From Pirellulales bacterium (GTDB lineage Bacteria > Planctomycetota > Planctomycetia > Pirellulales > Thermoguttaceae), in the NCBI GenBank assembly GCA_963845975.1, contig CAWJUD010000002.1, positions 781,646 through 845,645 on the forward strand: a stretch of 64,000 nucleotides of DNA. The letters run 5' to 3'. A model generated the notes under the pieces. The model had not been told where the DNA came from. It did not search any database and saw only the letters and a list, made by a program, of their open reading frames with translations. Positions 52,693 to 63,959 of the stretch are shown here, piece by piece (position 1 is the stretch's first letter; every line of letters starts with the position of its first letter). Position numbers and translations under genes: made by a program.

Positions 52693-53321
52693 GATGTAAA
52701 TTTATGAAGGCCCTTCCGAATTGGTCGACATCGGCCTGAAAAACCAGTCTGATTCCAGAATAGACGCTTGCGGTCCTCACCACGAATAAAATTATTTTTA
52801 GCCGCCGAATACAAACGCTGCCTCCACGACCGGAGCCAGGAGAATTCACAATGTATTTAATTTATTGCATCCTCAGGGAATGTCAATAAAAAACTAGAAC
52901 GAAATCACCACAAATATAGCAAAAAACCTCCGGTCGGGGGATAAAACTGCCGAAGAACTAACCCAAACAGGTTAAGGCTGGATCATGTTTGCTGAGATGG
53001 TGTGTGACCTGTCCATAAGCGTGCGACATAGATGGCTATGCCGACAACACGCATGGTTACCGGCTGATTATAGGATTCGCCGCGCTTCCCGATGAAAACC
53101 AAGACTTTATGCTCGGGATCATTCGGCGTCGGTCTTGTTGATTAGACTAGCATCTTTTTCATTAAGAGCTTCTAACAAAATGACGTGTGCCACTGCTGGC
53201 TTGCAAGCAGTGCCGGGAAAAGCACCAGAAAAACGCTGCTGGCAAGCCGGGCACCGACCGAAGGTTGGTCGTGGCACGCAACTTGCCCTTTTAACTTCAT
53301 TTTGTTAGACGCTCTAAGCCA

Positions 53322-53531
53322 TTATTCCAACGCGGCCTTGCCTTGGGGATCGTCGGCCACCTTGCCAAGGTAAACAAACCGTCCCCGAACCTTTTTGCAC
53401 CACCTACTCGTCTTGTGGATGAATAGAGGGAAATCAGGTCGGGATTTGGCCGGTTTGCTAGACCGTTTCCTTATGGTAGACTTAGGCGTTATGACACCTC
53501 CAATTGGCGCCAATTCAAATCCTTTTTGCAC
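53322..53531 (-). pseudogene. Remnant of a tyrosine-integrase N-terminus
   Basis: PDFPLFIHKTSRWCKKVRGRFVYLGKVADDPQGKAAL aligns with PDFPLIVHSCGYWTKKVRGKVFYFGVLNDPDTALAKW of 61053-61625. Confidence 0.4.
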
Positions 53532-53661
53532 GCCACCAACCTATAGGACAGTTCATCGGTTCCAATACTATCGAGTGGCATGCAACGGGCGTCAAACGGG
53601 TGTCAACCTTTTTATATCGCGGTATTGGGAGTTGTCGATAAGCCCAGATTTATAGGGTTTA

Positions 53662-53748
53662 GGATGGGTGGCCGAGTGGTCTAAGGCGGCAGTCTTGAAA
53701 ACTGCTGTGGGCGTGAGTCCACCGGGGGTTCGAATCCCTCCCCATCCG
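53662..53748 (+). tRNA. tRNA-Ser (anticodon UGA)
   Basis: Acceptor GGATGGG/CCCATCC, anticodon stem GCAGT/ACTGC with loop CTTGAAA (U33-UGA-A37), long variable arm, T arm GGGGG-TTCGAAT-CCCTC, discriminator G. Confidence 0.85.
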
Positions 53749-55051
53749 TTTTTGAGAAACATGAAGCAAGATTGTATTCTTTCGTATCTTTTCGTAAGTC
53801 TTTATTAGGGTTCGTTTTTGCCGCGTTTTTCTCGACCTGATAAGAATCACCCTTAACCGCCTCTAACGATCTATTACTGTGGATTACGTGCGCCGCGCTC
53901 GTAGGATTTTGCGTTACTTGCTGTGGCGTAACTGCCGCCCGAAAATGATCGTCTACAGTACGCGCATAGTGAGCTAAGGCAATTTTTGGTGAGTGTCCAA
54001 GCCACTTAGCAACAGTCTGAATAGGAAAGCGTTCAAGCAAATCTGTTTCACTACTGGCCCTCAACCCGTGGAAAGGTTTTGGCCACGGTCGCAAACCCGC
54101 ACGTCGAATGATCTTTTCAAAGCTTGTTCGCAAGTTACTATTTCGCCACCCGGCTTTAGAATCCGCTTGGGAACGGTGCTTACTAATAACGTATATCGCG
54201 CCGTCTTTCGCCATATCGAAAGCCTCTTGCAGCGGTCCAACTAATTCTGGAAACAGCGGAATAACGCGCTGGCCACCATTGGGATAGTGCTCTGTCTTAG
54301 GGCTGATAACAGTAATCCGTTGCCTGTTCCAGTCAATATGTTCCCACTTAAGCGATAACACTTCACTCGGGCAACGTAGCCCACCAAAACGAGACAAGGT
54401 CACGATCACCCGCCATTCGGTATCAGGGCAGGCGTCTAACACACTCTCTATATCCGCCTTTGAAACGTAGACGTTCCGGCTTTCATCTACAACGGCGGCT
54501 ACTTGTACATCATTAAATGGATTCTCTTGAATTACCCCGCGCCGAACCATTGCATTGAAAAACATTTTAGCCGCCTGTAGACGCTTGCGGACAGTGTAAA
54601 GGGCTAACCCTTGACCGATCAATGCCTGTTTATAATCTTCGGTCTGAGTACGGGTAATTTGTTGGACAAGTCGATCCGCTCCAAAATACTCAATTAGGCT
54701 GCGTTCACCTTGTTTCCACACAGTCTTACTGGCAGGCTTTACATCTTGCCGCTTGTCGATGTAGTCGGCAATGAAGGCCCCTAGTGTCACTAGTTCCCGT
54801 TTAGGCACTAAACCAACGGCCGCAAGTTTAGTGTGTAATGCATCTGTGATTTTACGCAACCAAGCAGCGGTATCACTGTCGATGTTATCGCCCGACTCGG
54901 CCGCGATTAAAAGACGTTCGATATATCCCTTAACTGTTTGGGCTTGTCTGAGGGGCAACCGTTTCCCTAGATAAATCGTCACTCGTTTCCCGTTTGGGGC
55001 TGTAAATTGGATTCGCTTACCGCCACTTTTGTCTAGGTTTAATGAAGACAT
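53681..55051 (-). CDS. Tyrosine-type site-specific integrase; 3' end of ORF runs into tRNA-Ser antisense
   Basis: C-terminal catalytic region FHGLRASSET...LGHSPKIALAHYAR (R, H..R, H, Y); last about 25 codons (KTDGEGFEPP...) translate the tRNA T-arm antisense. Confidence 0.85.
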   Translation of the reverse strand: MSSLNLDKSGGKRIQFTAPNGKRVTIYLGKRLPLRQAQTVKGYIERLLIAAESGDNIDSDTAAWLRKITDALHTKLAAVGLVPKRELVTLGAFIADYIDKRQDVKPASKTVWKQGERSLIEYFGADRLVQQITRTQTEDYKQALIGQGLALYTVRKRLQAAKMFFNAMVRRGVIQENPFNDVQVAAVVDESRNVYVSKADIESVLDACPDTEWRVIVTLSRFGGLRCPSEVLSLKWEHIDWNRQRITVISPKTEHYPNGGQRVIPLFPELVGPLQEAFDMAKDGAIYVISKHRSQADSKAGWRNSNLRTSFEKIIRRAGLRPWPKPFHGLRASSETDLLERFPIQTVAKWLGHSPKIALAHYARTVDDHFRAAVTPQQVTQNPTSAAHVIHSNRSLEAVKGDSYQVEKNAAKTNPNKDLRKDTKEYNLASCFSKTDGEGFEPPVDSRPQQFSRLPP

Positions 55052-55536
55052 TTATAGTGTTCCTATACACGTGAATCATTGTTCCAACACCTTAGCCATT
55101 ACACACAATTGGGTGGTATGCATCAAAACCAGTAAATATGCCGGAAACATATACTATAAAATCAGTTAAGTGTAATGAAGCTATATTAAGGGTGGTATCA
55201 TTTAAATTCATGGTTACTACATTGCTATGAACCCTTACATACCACCTAAGAGCTTATATATTATAGATTTAGTAATTATAAACACCATTTAGGGGTGTAA
55301 TAGTATGCACACGTGGAAAACCACGGGCTAGGCGTGATAAGTACGGGGCCTTCCGGCCGCTTCCCGCCTTACTTTCAAGCATATTCGTTTAAAGCCACTT
55401 ATTCAAACCATTACCCCTAAAGCCTCCAGCTTACCCAGGGATCACAACAAGACTGTTAGGGTCAATTATATCATCCCAACCAGCCGAGCGCCATCAGGGC
55501 GCTATACGCGCTGTCATGCCTTGTAATTCATAAGGA

Positions 55537-55926
55537 TTATGGATTAAACTTCGGGCCTACACCTACTTCGCTGTATGTTTGACCTTCTTTATTCCGCCAT
55601 ACTCGCCCGGCCGGCGGAGGCGGAGCCAAACGATCTTCATCGTAATTGAATGGCAGCGGGGCATGAAACGTTACAATATCGCCTAATCTATCCAAAATAA
55701 CCACAACATTTTTATTCACGATTTCTGATGGGTCCTCAAATTCACCTACGGCACGCTCTAAATGTCTTATCGCCGCATCTTCATCTAGTAAGACAGTAAC
55801 AACCCTTCCATGATTACCTACTAAAACTAAGCGTAGTAAACTAGTGCCCTCTCCCTGATATTCTGCCTTATCAATCTTAGCCAACCATTCAGTAGAATAC
55901 ATAGCCCGCTCAATTGTGAAGATCAT
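55537..55926 (-). CDS. Hypothetical protein (island cargo)
   Basis: ORF only. Confidence 0.4.
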   Translation of the reverse strand: MIFTIERAMYSTEWLAKIDKAEYQGEGTSLLRLVLVGNHGRVVTVLLDEDAAIRHLERAVGEFEDPSEIVNKNVVVILDRLGDIVTFHAPLPFNYDEDRLAPPPPAGRVWRNKEGQTYSEVGVGPKFNP

Positions 55927-56210
55927 ATTAGGTTCCCTCTTGATTGAAATGCTATAGTCATTGCCTTACTGATTATCATTTGAGTAATGAGGTTGTTTTT
56001 TCTCAGGTGTTACCTGTTTCCGGCCATACCCGCGCATACAGGTAAAACAAGGCTCCCAAGGCCGTATAACCGGACTTGCATACACCAATAGTAGTAAAAA
56101 AGTAAATCCGAGGGGCACTATGGGAAACATGGTAACAACGAACCTATTTCTTATCTTCTTCTTCTTCTTAATATATTATAAATAAAGCACTTATGAAAAA
56201 TATAAAAAAC

Positions 56211-56310
56211 CGAATCGTTGTTACTTTTTTCCAGTAACAACAAGGTAACACCTGGAACACCTGGGGTTTCGTTGTCACTTCGTTGTTACCCCCTTTTTGT
56301 AACAACGAAA
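56211..56310. repeat. Iteron-like cluster of TCGTTGT[TC]AC / GTAACAAC repeats next to the primase gene (candidate origin or operator)
   Basis: tcgttgttac (x2), tcgttgtcac, gtaacaacaa, gtaacaacga plus acacctgg x2 within 100 bp. Confidence 0.4.
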
Positions 56311-58634
56311 TCATGCCTGTATCGCTTCATAAATAACTTGTATTTTCCCTGAAATTGGAATAGAGCTAATCTTTATTCTCCCTTGATCCTCAAGTGCCCT
56401 AGCAAATTCATCTAAGGTTTTTACAGGAGCTTTCATCTTCAGGGAAACTTGCCGTCTAGTTGCCTTACCGCCAAGAGCTACAATAATACGATAGAATTTC
56501 TTGCAACCTTCTTGAAAGGCATTATCGGCCCCATATTCCGCCGTAAGAACCAGGGATCGCTTTGCCTGCCACACAGCTACACCTTGACCCCACTCCACGG
56601 CCGACCGGTCGATTCTTGGGTTCAGGTGGTTCTCAGACACCGCGTACAGCGTCGCTAGCTTTAACATCTGCTCATTTACCCTAGACCAGATCGCCGCTGC
56701 CCCGGCGTCGCTAGCCTGCTCTGCCAGCACATATTCCCGATCCGCTGCCTCTTGACAGGCTTCTATCATTTTCCATGCGGCCGGCGTTGCGGGAACCGTA
56801 AACTGAGTTGAACAATTTGCTATCCACAAGTCTCCGGCATCAGGCGGGCGATATTTGATCCAATACCTAACTTCCTCAATTAACCGTGTCGGCAATTCCT
56901 TAGCCCCTAAAGTTCGCCCTTTACCACGCGAATCGGCTTCGATAGCCAATGTACGGGCACAGAATCCGTTTTGCAGTAGCCGATTACCTACGGCCTTATA
57001 GTAATGTTGTGGAATCGCTGATCCGTGCAACACAACATGCGGTTTATGAATGAGCATTGGCTGAGAGCTATCATAGTTATTCTGTTCGGCCTTTACTCTG
57101 CGTGAAAAAGTTATGCCCGATGCAGTATATAATTCGTTTAACAAGGCGGCGATTGCCTGATAACGGGCATCCTTCCCTTTTTCCATAGCCTCAATCATTG
57201 CGTCAAATTCATCCGTTTGAAAAAGCACTACAGGATTAAGCGGGCTACGGAAAAGTCTATCCTCTATGCCTTCCGATGATGCCATTCGCTCTGACAATAA
57301 ATCCCCAGCATCGGCCGCTATTAGTAATTGACTATTAAGGTTTCTTGTAAAGTTCTTGCCGGTTCCAGAGAACGCCAAAGAAACTATATATAAATTAGTC
57401 CCAAGCCCCGTCGGTCCTTGAATCTTTCTTCCCGTGATTGTGGAAAGTAAGGCTAATGCTCCAGCAAGTGCAAGAGGTTTATTTGGATATGGTGCCGCCT
57501 CCATGCAATGTGAAACATACTCGTTAATAAAACCCGGCACGCTTCGTAGATTAGATGGTAGATAAAGGGATTTTGCCGGTCGCATAATTTCCGAGTCTGC
57601 CGTGTCGCTTGTGGTTATCTCTTGCGGTTTAGAAAGTGCCTTTTCGATCAATCCTTTTACGTCGATGCCACTGGTATCTATAGGTGCATAACTGTTATCT
57701 AATAATAACCAGCCGGCCGGCTTCTGTGGACTAAGTTTGCGTGCTTCACTAATTTTTCGTCTAAAATCCTTTTCATCCTTTGAATTGCTCAAGTCCCACG
57801 GCGGAACACAGCGGGAATTGTATTCACGTACCAGCAAGTCATAAGTTTGACTATCGGAGAGTTGAAACCCATGTACAAGGGCCACAGCAGCCCAAAGCAG
57901 TTTGTCATGCCCGCCCTGCCCCTGGATTGCAGGATCGCATTGAGCAAGGTAAAGATTGGCGCGTTGTAAAATATCATTGCCCGCAGGCGAAGACATATTG
58001 ATTGGCGCTTGGGTGGGGTTAGTTTCCCACGGCACACGTCTATTAGATTGAGGTTGCGATATTGGTAAAGAGATCGGGGATGTAGATTGCTTTATGGTTT
58101 CTGAAAAGTATATAGGCTGCAACCATCCAAGGTTGCAAGATTTTATGATGCCTAATCCAGGTAGGGCTTGTCCAGTGATGCAAAAGAATCGGCCATGATC
58201 GTAGATTTCAATACCGGCCTCTTTCTTGCCTTCACCACCGTATTGCGGAAACTTTTTGTTTTTCCCGGTATCAAAAGGTGACTTACCGCGAACGAAAATT
58301 TTAACGCCAGTCCCGCTGGGTGATATTTCAGAGTAGGAATCGAGTTTGTTAATTATCTCTTGCGCCAATCGGAAACCCCATCTCTTGCATGACGGCAACC
58401 ATCCAAATCAATACCGCAAAAAGGATCGTCTTTAGAGAAGACATAGCCAATACCGTCGAAGCCGCCATGATTGTAGGCTGCTAAAACTTTATCGAAGCTA
58501 GTCCAGGTAGATGGATCATTCGACTTTGCCTCGATGCCGCTGACTTGATAAGGAATTTTACCCGATTTATAAAGTACCCATTGGCTGCGTTCCTTTAATT
58601 CGGCAGGGATATTTTTTATATCAACTTTGCCCAT
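56311..58634 (-). CDS. Bifunctional primase-polymerase (Prim-Pol) fused to D5/P4-type helicase; one frameshift near 58370
   Basis: N-terminal GFDGIGYVF...GIDLDGC and SGTGVKIF Prim-Pol motifs; C-terminal SLAFSGTGKN Walker A; ORFs 58353-58634 and 56311-58398 join. Confidence 0.7.
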
Positions 58635-58901
58635 TTATTACCCCTTCCGTCTGAACGCAGCATATTTCAGAGTATGTTCGAGGAAATTATTCACTTATGC
58701 GGCCTCTAATAAGTTAGCGGATTTTCTTAATAAGTCAGGATATTCGGCTAATTATCTTTTCTAAAGATTGCAGCCAGTGTGCCAGTAATAGTTCCCGCCC
58801 CACGGGTATGAAGTGGTTCCATAAGCTATGTACCCAGTAACCATTTTTATTTCCTTTATTTAAAGTTCTGTAACTGTATGTATATTTGAATTATAAGATA
58901 A

Positions 58902-59129
58902 CTAATCTGCAATCTGGCGTGACAATTCTTTATCAGCCCATGCTTGAATCTGATGAACGAAATAAACTACGCGAGAGCCGACCTTCACAGCAGGAATATC
59001 GCCGCGAGGAAAAGTTCGATCAAATAAAGCCTTCTCTGACATGCCGAGAGAGATCGCACATTCGCGTGGCCTCAACGCTAATCGAGGTATCTCAGGAGCG
59101 GATTCATTGGAACTATAAATAGACTTCAC
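58902..59129 (-). CDS. AlpA/excisionase-family HTH DNA-binding protein
   Basis: LRPRECAISLGMSEKALFDR...IPAVKVGSRVVYFVHQIQAW. Confidence 0.6.
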   Translation of the reverse strand: MKSIYSSNESAPEIPRLALRPRECAISLGMSEKALFDRTFPRGDIPAVKVGSRVVYFVHQIQAWADKELSRQIAD

Positions 59130-59335
59130 TCGGCACCCACTTCCGTCTTTGCTGTTTGAGAAGCCAGAGCCGCCAATACTTTCATAACGGCATTAGGCGA
59201 AAAGAGGTATCGCCGCCCTGTTTTGAGACATGGGATAACGCCCACGTCGGCTTGTTCACGTAACCATTTTTGCGTAACGCCAGCCTGGAGCGACATGCGG
59301 GAAAGAGAAAGCAATTCCGACATACATAACCTCAT
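59126..59335 (-). CDS. Excisionase/MerR-like HTH protein
   Basis: LSRMSLQAGVTQKWLREQADVGVIPCLKTGRRYLFSPNAV; 4-nt overlap with the downstream gene. Confidence 0.5.
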   Translation of the reverse strand: MRLCMSELLSLSRMSLQAGVTQKWLREQADVGVIPCLKTGRRYLFSPNAVMKVLAALASQTAKTEVGAE

Positions 59336-59713
59336 TATACGTTTGAAGTAAATTCAATCCTATAACTCTATTATGACTGTTGGTATAGCTGAAGATGGGA
59401 GGAAATGTAGGGAGAACTCAGGTATTTTGCAGATATTTCACAGAGCGCATTTTTTTAGAGCGCATGTTTTCAAAAGGATATATTCCCCCTTCCTTTTCAC
59501 TTTAAATGGGCGATTATTTTTTTGAAAAAATGAATTGATGGTTTTAAGAGCCGGCCCTACCCGTTCGCCAACAGATAGGTTTCATGGCCCAAAGGAATAG
59601 ATTCACCATTTAAAGAAATAGTATCACCTAAAAAATTAACCTTACGCATTCTGGCTGATTTATAAGGGTATATTTTACCATTCAAAATAAACGCAAGTTT
59701 ACACTCCGCAAGT

Positions 59714-60418
59714 TTACACTCCATGAGATTTCCCACCTTTCGTTATTTCTAAAGGTGCATCTTTCAGAAAAATAGAAGTGCCTTTTATTGATGCCTTTAT
59801 CGGAATCTCATGTTGTTTAAAAAATTTATTAACTCCCTTTAGTGTTGTCCCTATTATTTGATTGCTAACGCCAACGGCACGATTTTTCCAAACATATTTT
59901 GTTAAAGTATTATCAATTTCAAGGGCTTGACCTTCTGCTTCCCAAAGTTTTTTTAGAAGACGCCACGGTCGCGGTGACAGCCCATCATACGGCACGCCTT
60001 TCCAATAGAACGAATCGCCCCGGATAGGTCCATCACCAGATTGCGGATTCTTTATTCCTAATTCCCGCTTATCTATTGCCTCTTGTGGCTTCAGGTCAAT
60101 CAATAGAGCCTTGACGTATTCGAGCGTTTGCTTTCTGTCGTTATGATAACATTTTAAAATGTGATCGGCTATAACTGGCCGGTCACATTCTCGCAATACT
60201 TGGTCGGCATTACGAAATACTTCTTGTACTCGGGGGTCAAAAGGTTGATGCACGGGGAGTATCGGGGGTTCATCATCCTTGCATACTTCTACTGGCTTAA
60301 AGTGCATTGCATTAAGTTTCTCAATTAACTCGACTTCACCCTTGAGATAGTCAGCCAGAGCGGAAAGTGCCGGCTGAATAATAAACCATCTTGAATTGGA
60401 TAGCTGTTTCGTTTGCAT
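59714..60418 (-). CDS. Hypothetical protein (island cargo)
   Basis: ORF only, low GC. Confidence 0.4.
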   Translation of the reverse strand: MQTKQLSNSRWFIIQPALSALADYLKGEVELIEKLNAMHFKPVEVCKDDEPPILPVHQPFDPRVQEVFRNADQVLRECDRPVIADHILKCYHNDRKQTLEYVKALLIDLKPQEAIDKRELGIKNPQSGDGPIRGDSFYWKGVPYDGLSPRPWRLLKKLWEAEGQALEIDNTLTKYVWKNRAVGVSNQIIGTTLKGVNKFFKQHEIPIKASIKGTSIFLKDAPLEITKGGKSHGV

Positions 60419-60560
60419 TAGAATGCCTTTCGTGTTTAAGATCAGGCTGCCAACCAGTTATAAGAGCGAAAGGCATGGCCTATAACTGGTTGACAACGAC
60501 GGAAGCGATCCGTCTGCCTGAAAAGATTAGATGACAATATACTTAATTCACTATTATTTA

Positions 60561-60878
60561 TTAAACAGGTTTCGGTAAAGCAGCAAAGAACGGCAAAGGA
60601 GTAATAGCACACTCATACGTCTCTAAGTAATCTTCGTGAACTACTTCCTCTGTTTTTAATTCACTTCCAGTAGCCTCTGCTATTAGTATTCCAACACAAG
60701 ACGCGATCTCTGCTTGCTCCTGTGATTTGCCAAAAGTGATTATACGAGTCAACAAATCTGTGTCATTCCAAGCAGTAATAATTACATAATCTTTGCCGAA
60801 TTGTTCAGCTATGTTTTTAGCTACGGAAACTGGAATTGGAGCCGAAAGTGTCCGAGGATTTGATGCTTGTTGTGTCAT
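60561..60878 (-). CDS. Hypothetical protein (island cargo)
   Basis: ORF only. Confidence 0.35.
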   Translation of the reverse strand: MTQQASNPRTLSAPIPVSVAKNIAEQFGKDYVIITAWNDTDLLTRIITFGKSQEQAEIASCVGILIAEATGSELKTEEVVHEDYLETYECAITPLPFFAALPKPV

Positions 60879-61052
60879 TTACAGAATCTACCTTTCGTGA
60901 ATCAAGTAATGTTAGAAAAAATTAGCGCAATCTGTATTATGTCCAGAGTGCCTAAAAAAATCAAAGAAAAAATAGGCTATTAAAGGAATTTGCAGTTCAA
61001 TAAGCGATGGTGCCCCGACACAATCCATTCAATCAGATTTTTCAGTACTTTT

Positions 61053-61625
61053 TTATATTGCATAAAAACGTGATCTGTCAGCTTCTTCCTGTTCAACTTC
61101 TATATCTATATTGGATGGAGCAACGAACCGGGGGCCATAATTGACTTCACCTATTAGCTCTATACATTGACCCCAATCAAAGACGGATTTTATAGCCATT
61201 ATTACGTTCTTTTGCGACCGAAAGTTGCGGACTGATGCCTCAATACTTCTTTGGACAGCGGCAAATTGCATCGGTCTCATATCTTTGACTGGCAAGGCGA
61301 ATACTGAAGCCGACTTGAGCAACTCAGGCAAGACAAGATAATCCTGCCGCGTCTCATGGCTAAGTTTACCGGCTGTAATAAGTTCGTCCACATATTTTAA
61401 GTGTGCTTTGAATAGTTCCTCCACGGTCAACATCGCGCCAGCTAATAGATAATCCTTTACGACTATCCATTTAGCTAGGGCCGTGTCCGGGTCGTTAAGA
61501 ACGCCGAAATAAAAAACCTTTCCGCGCACCTTCTTTGTCCAATACCCGCAAGAATGCACGATCAGAGGAAAATCTGGGTGAGCTTTCTTCCATTTTCGGA
61601 ACTCTGCAATCTTGTCTTCAGCCAT
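61053..61625 (-). pseudogene. Truncated tyrosine integrase (N-terminal arm-binding and SAM-like core-binding domains only)
   Basis: N-terminal HPDFPLIVHSCGYWTKKVRGKVFYFG motif and SAM-like helical domain; ORF ends before any catalytic domain. Confidence 0.5.
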
Positions 61626-62429
61626 TGGAAAGAGCCTCGTTTGCCTAGTGCGTATTTTTATATAGTCTCATTGTGATTCGCATGGTTGTCAAGAAAGAAA
61701 TATTCATTGTAGGGGCTTACTATTCGATGGAAGATTTTTCTTTGGCAGGCCAAGTATGAAAACTATCTCATTTGGTATCTTAAACCTAAGAATCAGTATA
61801 AGTGATCGCTTACCCCACTAACAGCGACGCGCTAGGATCGCTCCTGTTGCGGTCAAATGCCCCTGAACGACTTCCAGTACCTACCTTTTTTGTTACTTGA
61901 TGGTGGCGAAAAATTATTATATAAATTTTGCATTATGTTTATTTGATCGACATTCTATATCTATTTTTTAGTATTCTGTTCGGGTCCCTTTTTTATGCTC
62001 CCCTTTTTTATTCATTGCCGAGGCCGAGAGTGATTGGGCCCCCTTTGGTTATCGTTTGAAAGTTGGTGTATGGGCGAAGGGGAGATAAGTAAGGTACAGG
62101 CCATAGAATTCAGCGATCTAGGTTTTCGACTTTGGAGTTTTGGGGCCCCACTTGGAAAACTTCCTTATTATCAGTCAATCATTTAAACTCTGCTGCCGTC
62201 GTTGCTATCCTATATCGCACAATGAATCCAAATCGTCCTGCAAGGCAATACAGATATGTCTTTTACCCTTGGATGGTAGCATATTAAAGATGGTAGTCTT
62301 TCGCTCCTTGCCCTGATTATATAGTTGAATATTATTCCAATAGTGCAATAAAAAATGGCCGGAGGGGAACCGGCCGTAGTATTAACAGTTTATTGTGATA
62401 GGCTATTGGTTGGCAATAGCGTACAGAAG

Positions 62430-62729
62430 TTACCCGAATAAAACTGCATTTTTCGGGAGGGAATCCAGGGAGATAATCTTGTGGGCTATGCTGTAAATGC
62501 CGGATTCATACAGCCTGTTATCCAGACAATCTGCAATCCGGGTTATCACACTATCCGGGGCCGACTTATCGAAAACGTGCTTTCGCAATTTGTCATAAGT
62601 GGCTTTGCCGTACTTGCAAAGATATTGCAGCAGGGTAAATTGGTTTTCGGATAGCTTCGCGTGACGTTTGCCACAACGTACAATTCGGGGCTCCAAGAAT
62701 GTAATCGGCAGTGGTAATGAAGTTTTCAT
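62430..62729 (-). CDS. Hypothetical small protein
   Basis: ORF only. Confidence 0.35.
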   Translation of the reverse strand: MKTSLPLPITFLEPRIVRCGKRHAKLSENQFTLLQYLCKYGKATYDKLRKHVFDKSAPDSVITRIADCLDNRLYESGIYSIAHKIISLDSLPKNAVLFG

Positions 62730-63386
62730 TGCTGTTTCTCCGGTGACAAGAGATTAGAAAAGTTTAACAACTTAATTATGTCCACCTAAACACGTAGAGT
62801 CAAAAAAATCTTGCAACTAAAAAAAATTCTTTTTAAAATTCAGTGACACAATTAGACTAAATTGTTTTTGAATGATTCAACCGATCATACCGCCACACAA
62901 GTCACTGATTAGAAATTATACTGGAGTTTTTGTTGCAAATAAATTCCAGTTAGTAATCATACTAGGGTTTTTTATCGAAAGTATTTCAATTAGATAGGGG
63001 TTTTTTTAATATTGAATTTCTAAAATTCAGGTATAGTGAAATCTGTTATCAATCGTTTTAGTGACCGGAGAGCGCAGCTTATCTCTTGAATAAACCGCCG
63101 AGTTTTGGTTTGCGGTTTGCATGATACCGCTGGATTATCTAGGGAATGAAAATCGCCGCCGTAGCCGGGGTATAAAATGGGGCGGTAGTAAATCCGGTCT
63201 ATTTATTTGTATTCTTCCTCTTGGCCGATCTGCCGATCCGCTTTCCAGGTGACAAATAGAGTCTCTGTCCGAAAATCGCTCTAAATCCTTATCCATCGGT
63301 CAAATTTTAATTTGCTTTATGGTGCTTATTAGTGTATACTTTAAATGTCACCATCATAGGAAGTATATAACCAAAGGAGCACACCC

Positions 63387-63959
63387 ATGAAAACAGCTAT
63401 TTATATTCGAGTCAGTACAGCAAGCCAGAATGAAAAGGGCCAAAGGGCAGATATTCAGAAATGGCTTAGGGGCAACGGCATTGCCGATATCAAGTATTAT
63501 ACTGATAAGGAGTCTGGGGATAATCTTGACCGTCCCGCCTTCCAACAATTGCAAGCCGACATATTCAATGGCGAGATTAAAACCGTTGTCGTTTGGAAGC
63601 TAGATCGACTCAGCCGATCTTTACAGGACGGTATTAACACGCTATGCGATTGGCTTAACCGTGGTATCCGGCTTGTCTCTATCACGCAACAACTTGATTT
63701 TCACGGCACGGTAGGAAAGCTAATTGCCTCTGTCCTATTTGCCGTTGCCGAAATGGAACAACAGACAAGACGCGAACGCCAAGCCGTGGGCATTGCTCAA
63801 GCAAAAAATGACGGTAAATATACTGGCCGACAACCCGGCACATTTAAGGCATCTATCACACGCGCCCGACAACTCCGCAAGCAAGGCAATACAATGATCG
63901 AGATAGCTCAGTCACTCGGTATAAGCAAAAGGTCAGTCATTCGATACCTACAATCTTAA
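63387..63959 (+). CDS. Serine recombinase (resolvase/invertase family) with C-terminal HTH
   Basis: AIYIRVSTASQ catalytic Ser motif; C-terminal IEIAQSLGISKRSVIRYL HTH; SD aaaggag upstream. Confidence 0.85.
   Translation: MKTAIYIRVSTASQNEKGQRADIQKWLRGNGIADIKYYTDKESGDNLDRPAFQQLQADIFNGEIKTVVVWKLDRLSRSLQDGINTLCDWLNRGIRLVSITQQLDFHGTVGKLIASVLFAVAEMEQQTRRERQAVGIAQAKNDGKYTGRQPGTFKASITRARQLRKQGNTMIEIAQSLGISKRSVIRYLQS

Noticed and set aside
53681-53760. The last about 25 codons of the integrase ORF as genuine protein
   Set aside because: The sequence KTDGEGFEPP... is the antisense translation of the tRNA-Ser T-arm. The true integrase C-terminus probably ends at or before the tRNA, which is a common arrangement at att sites.
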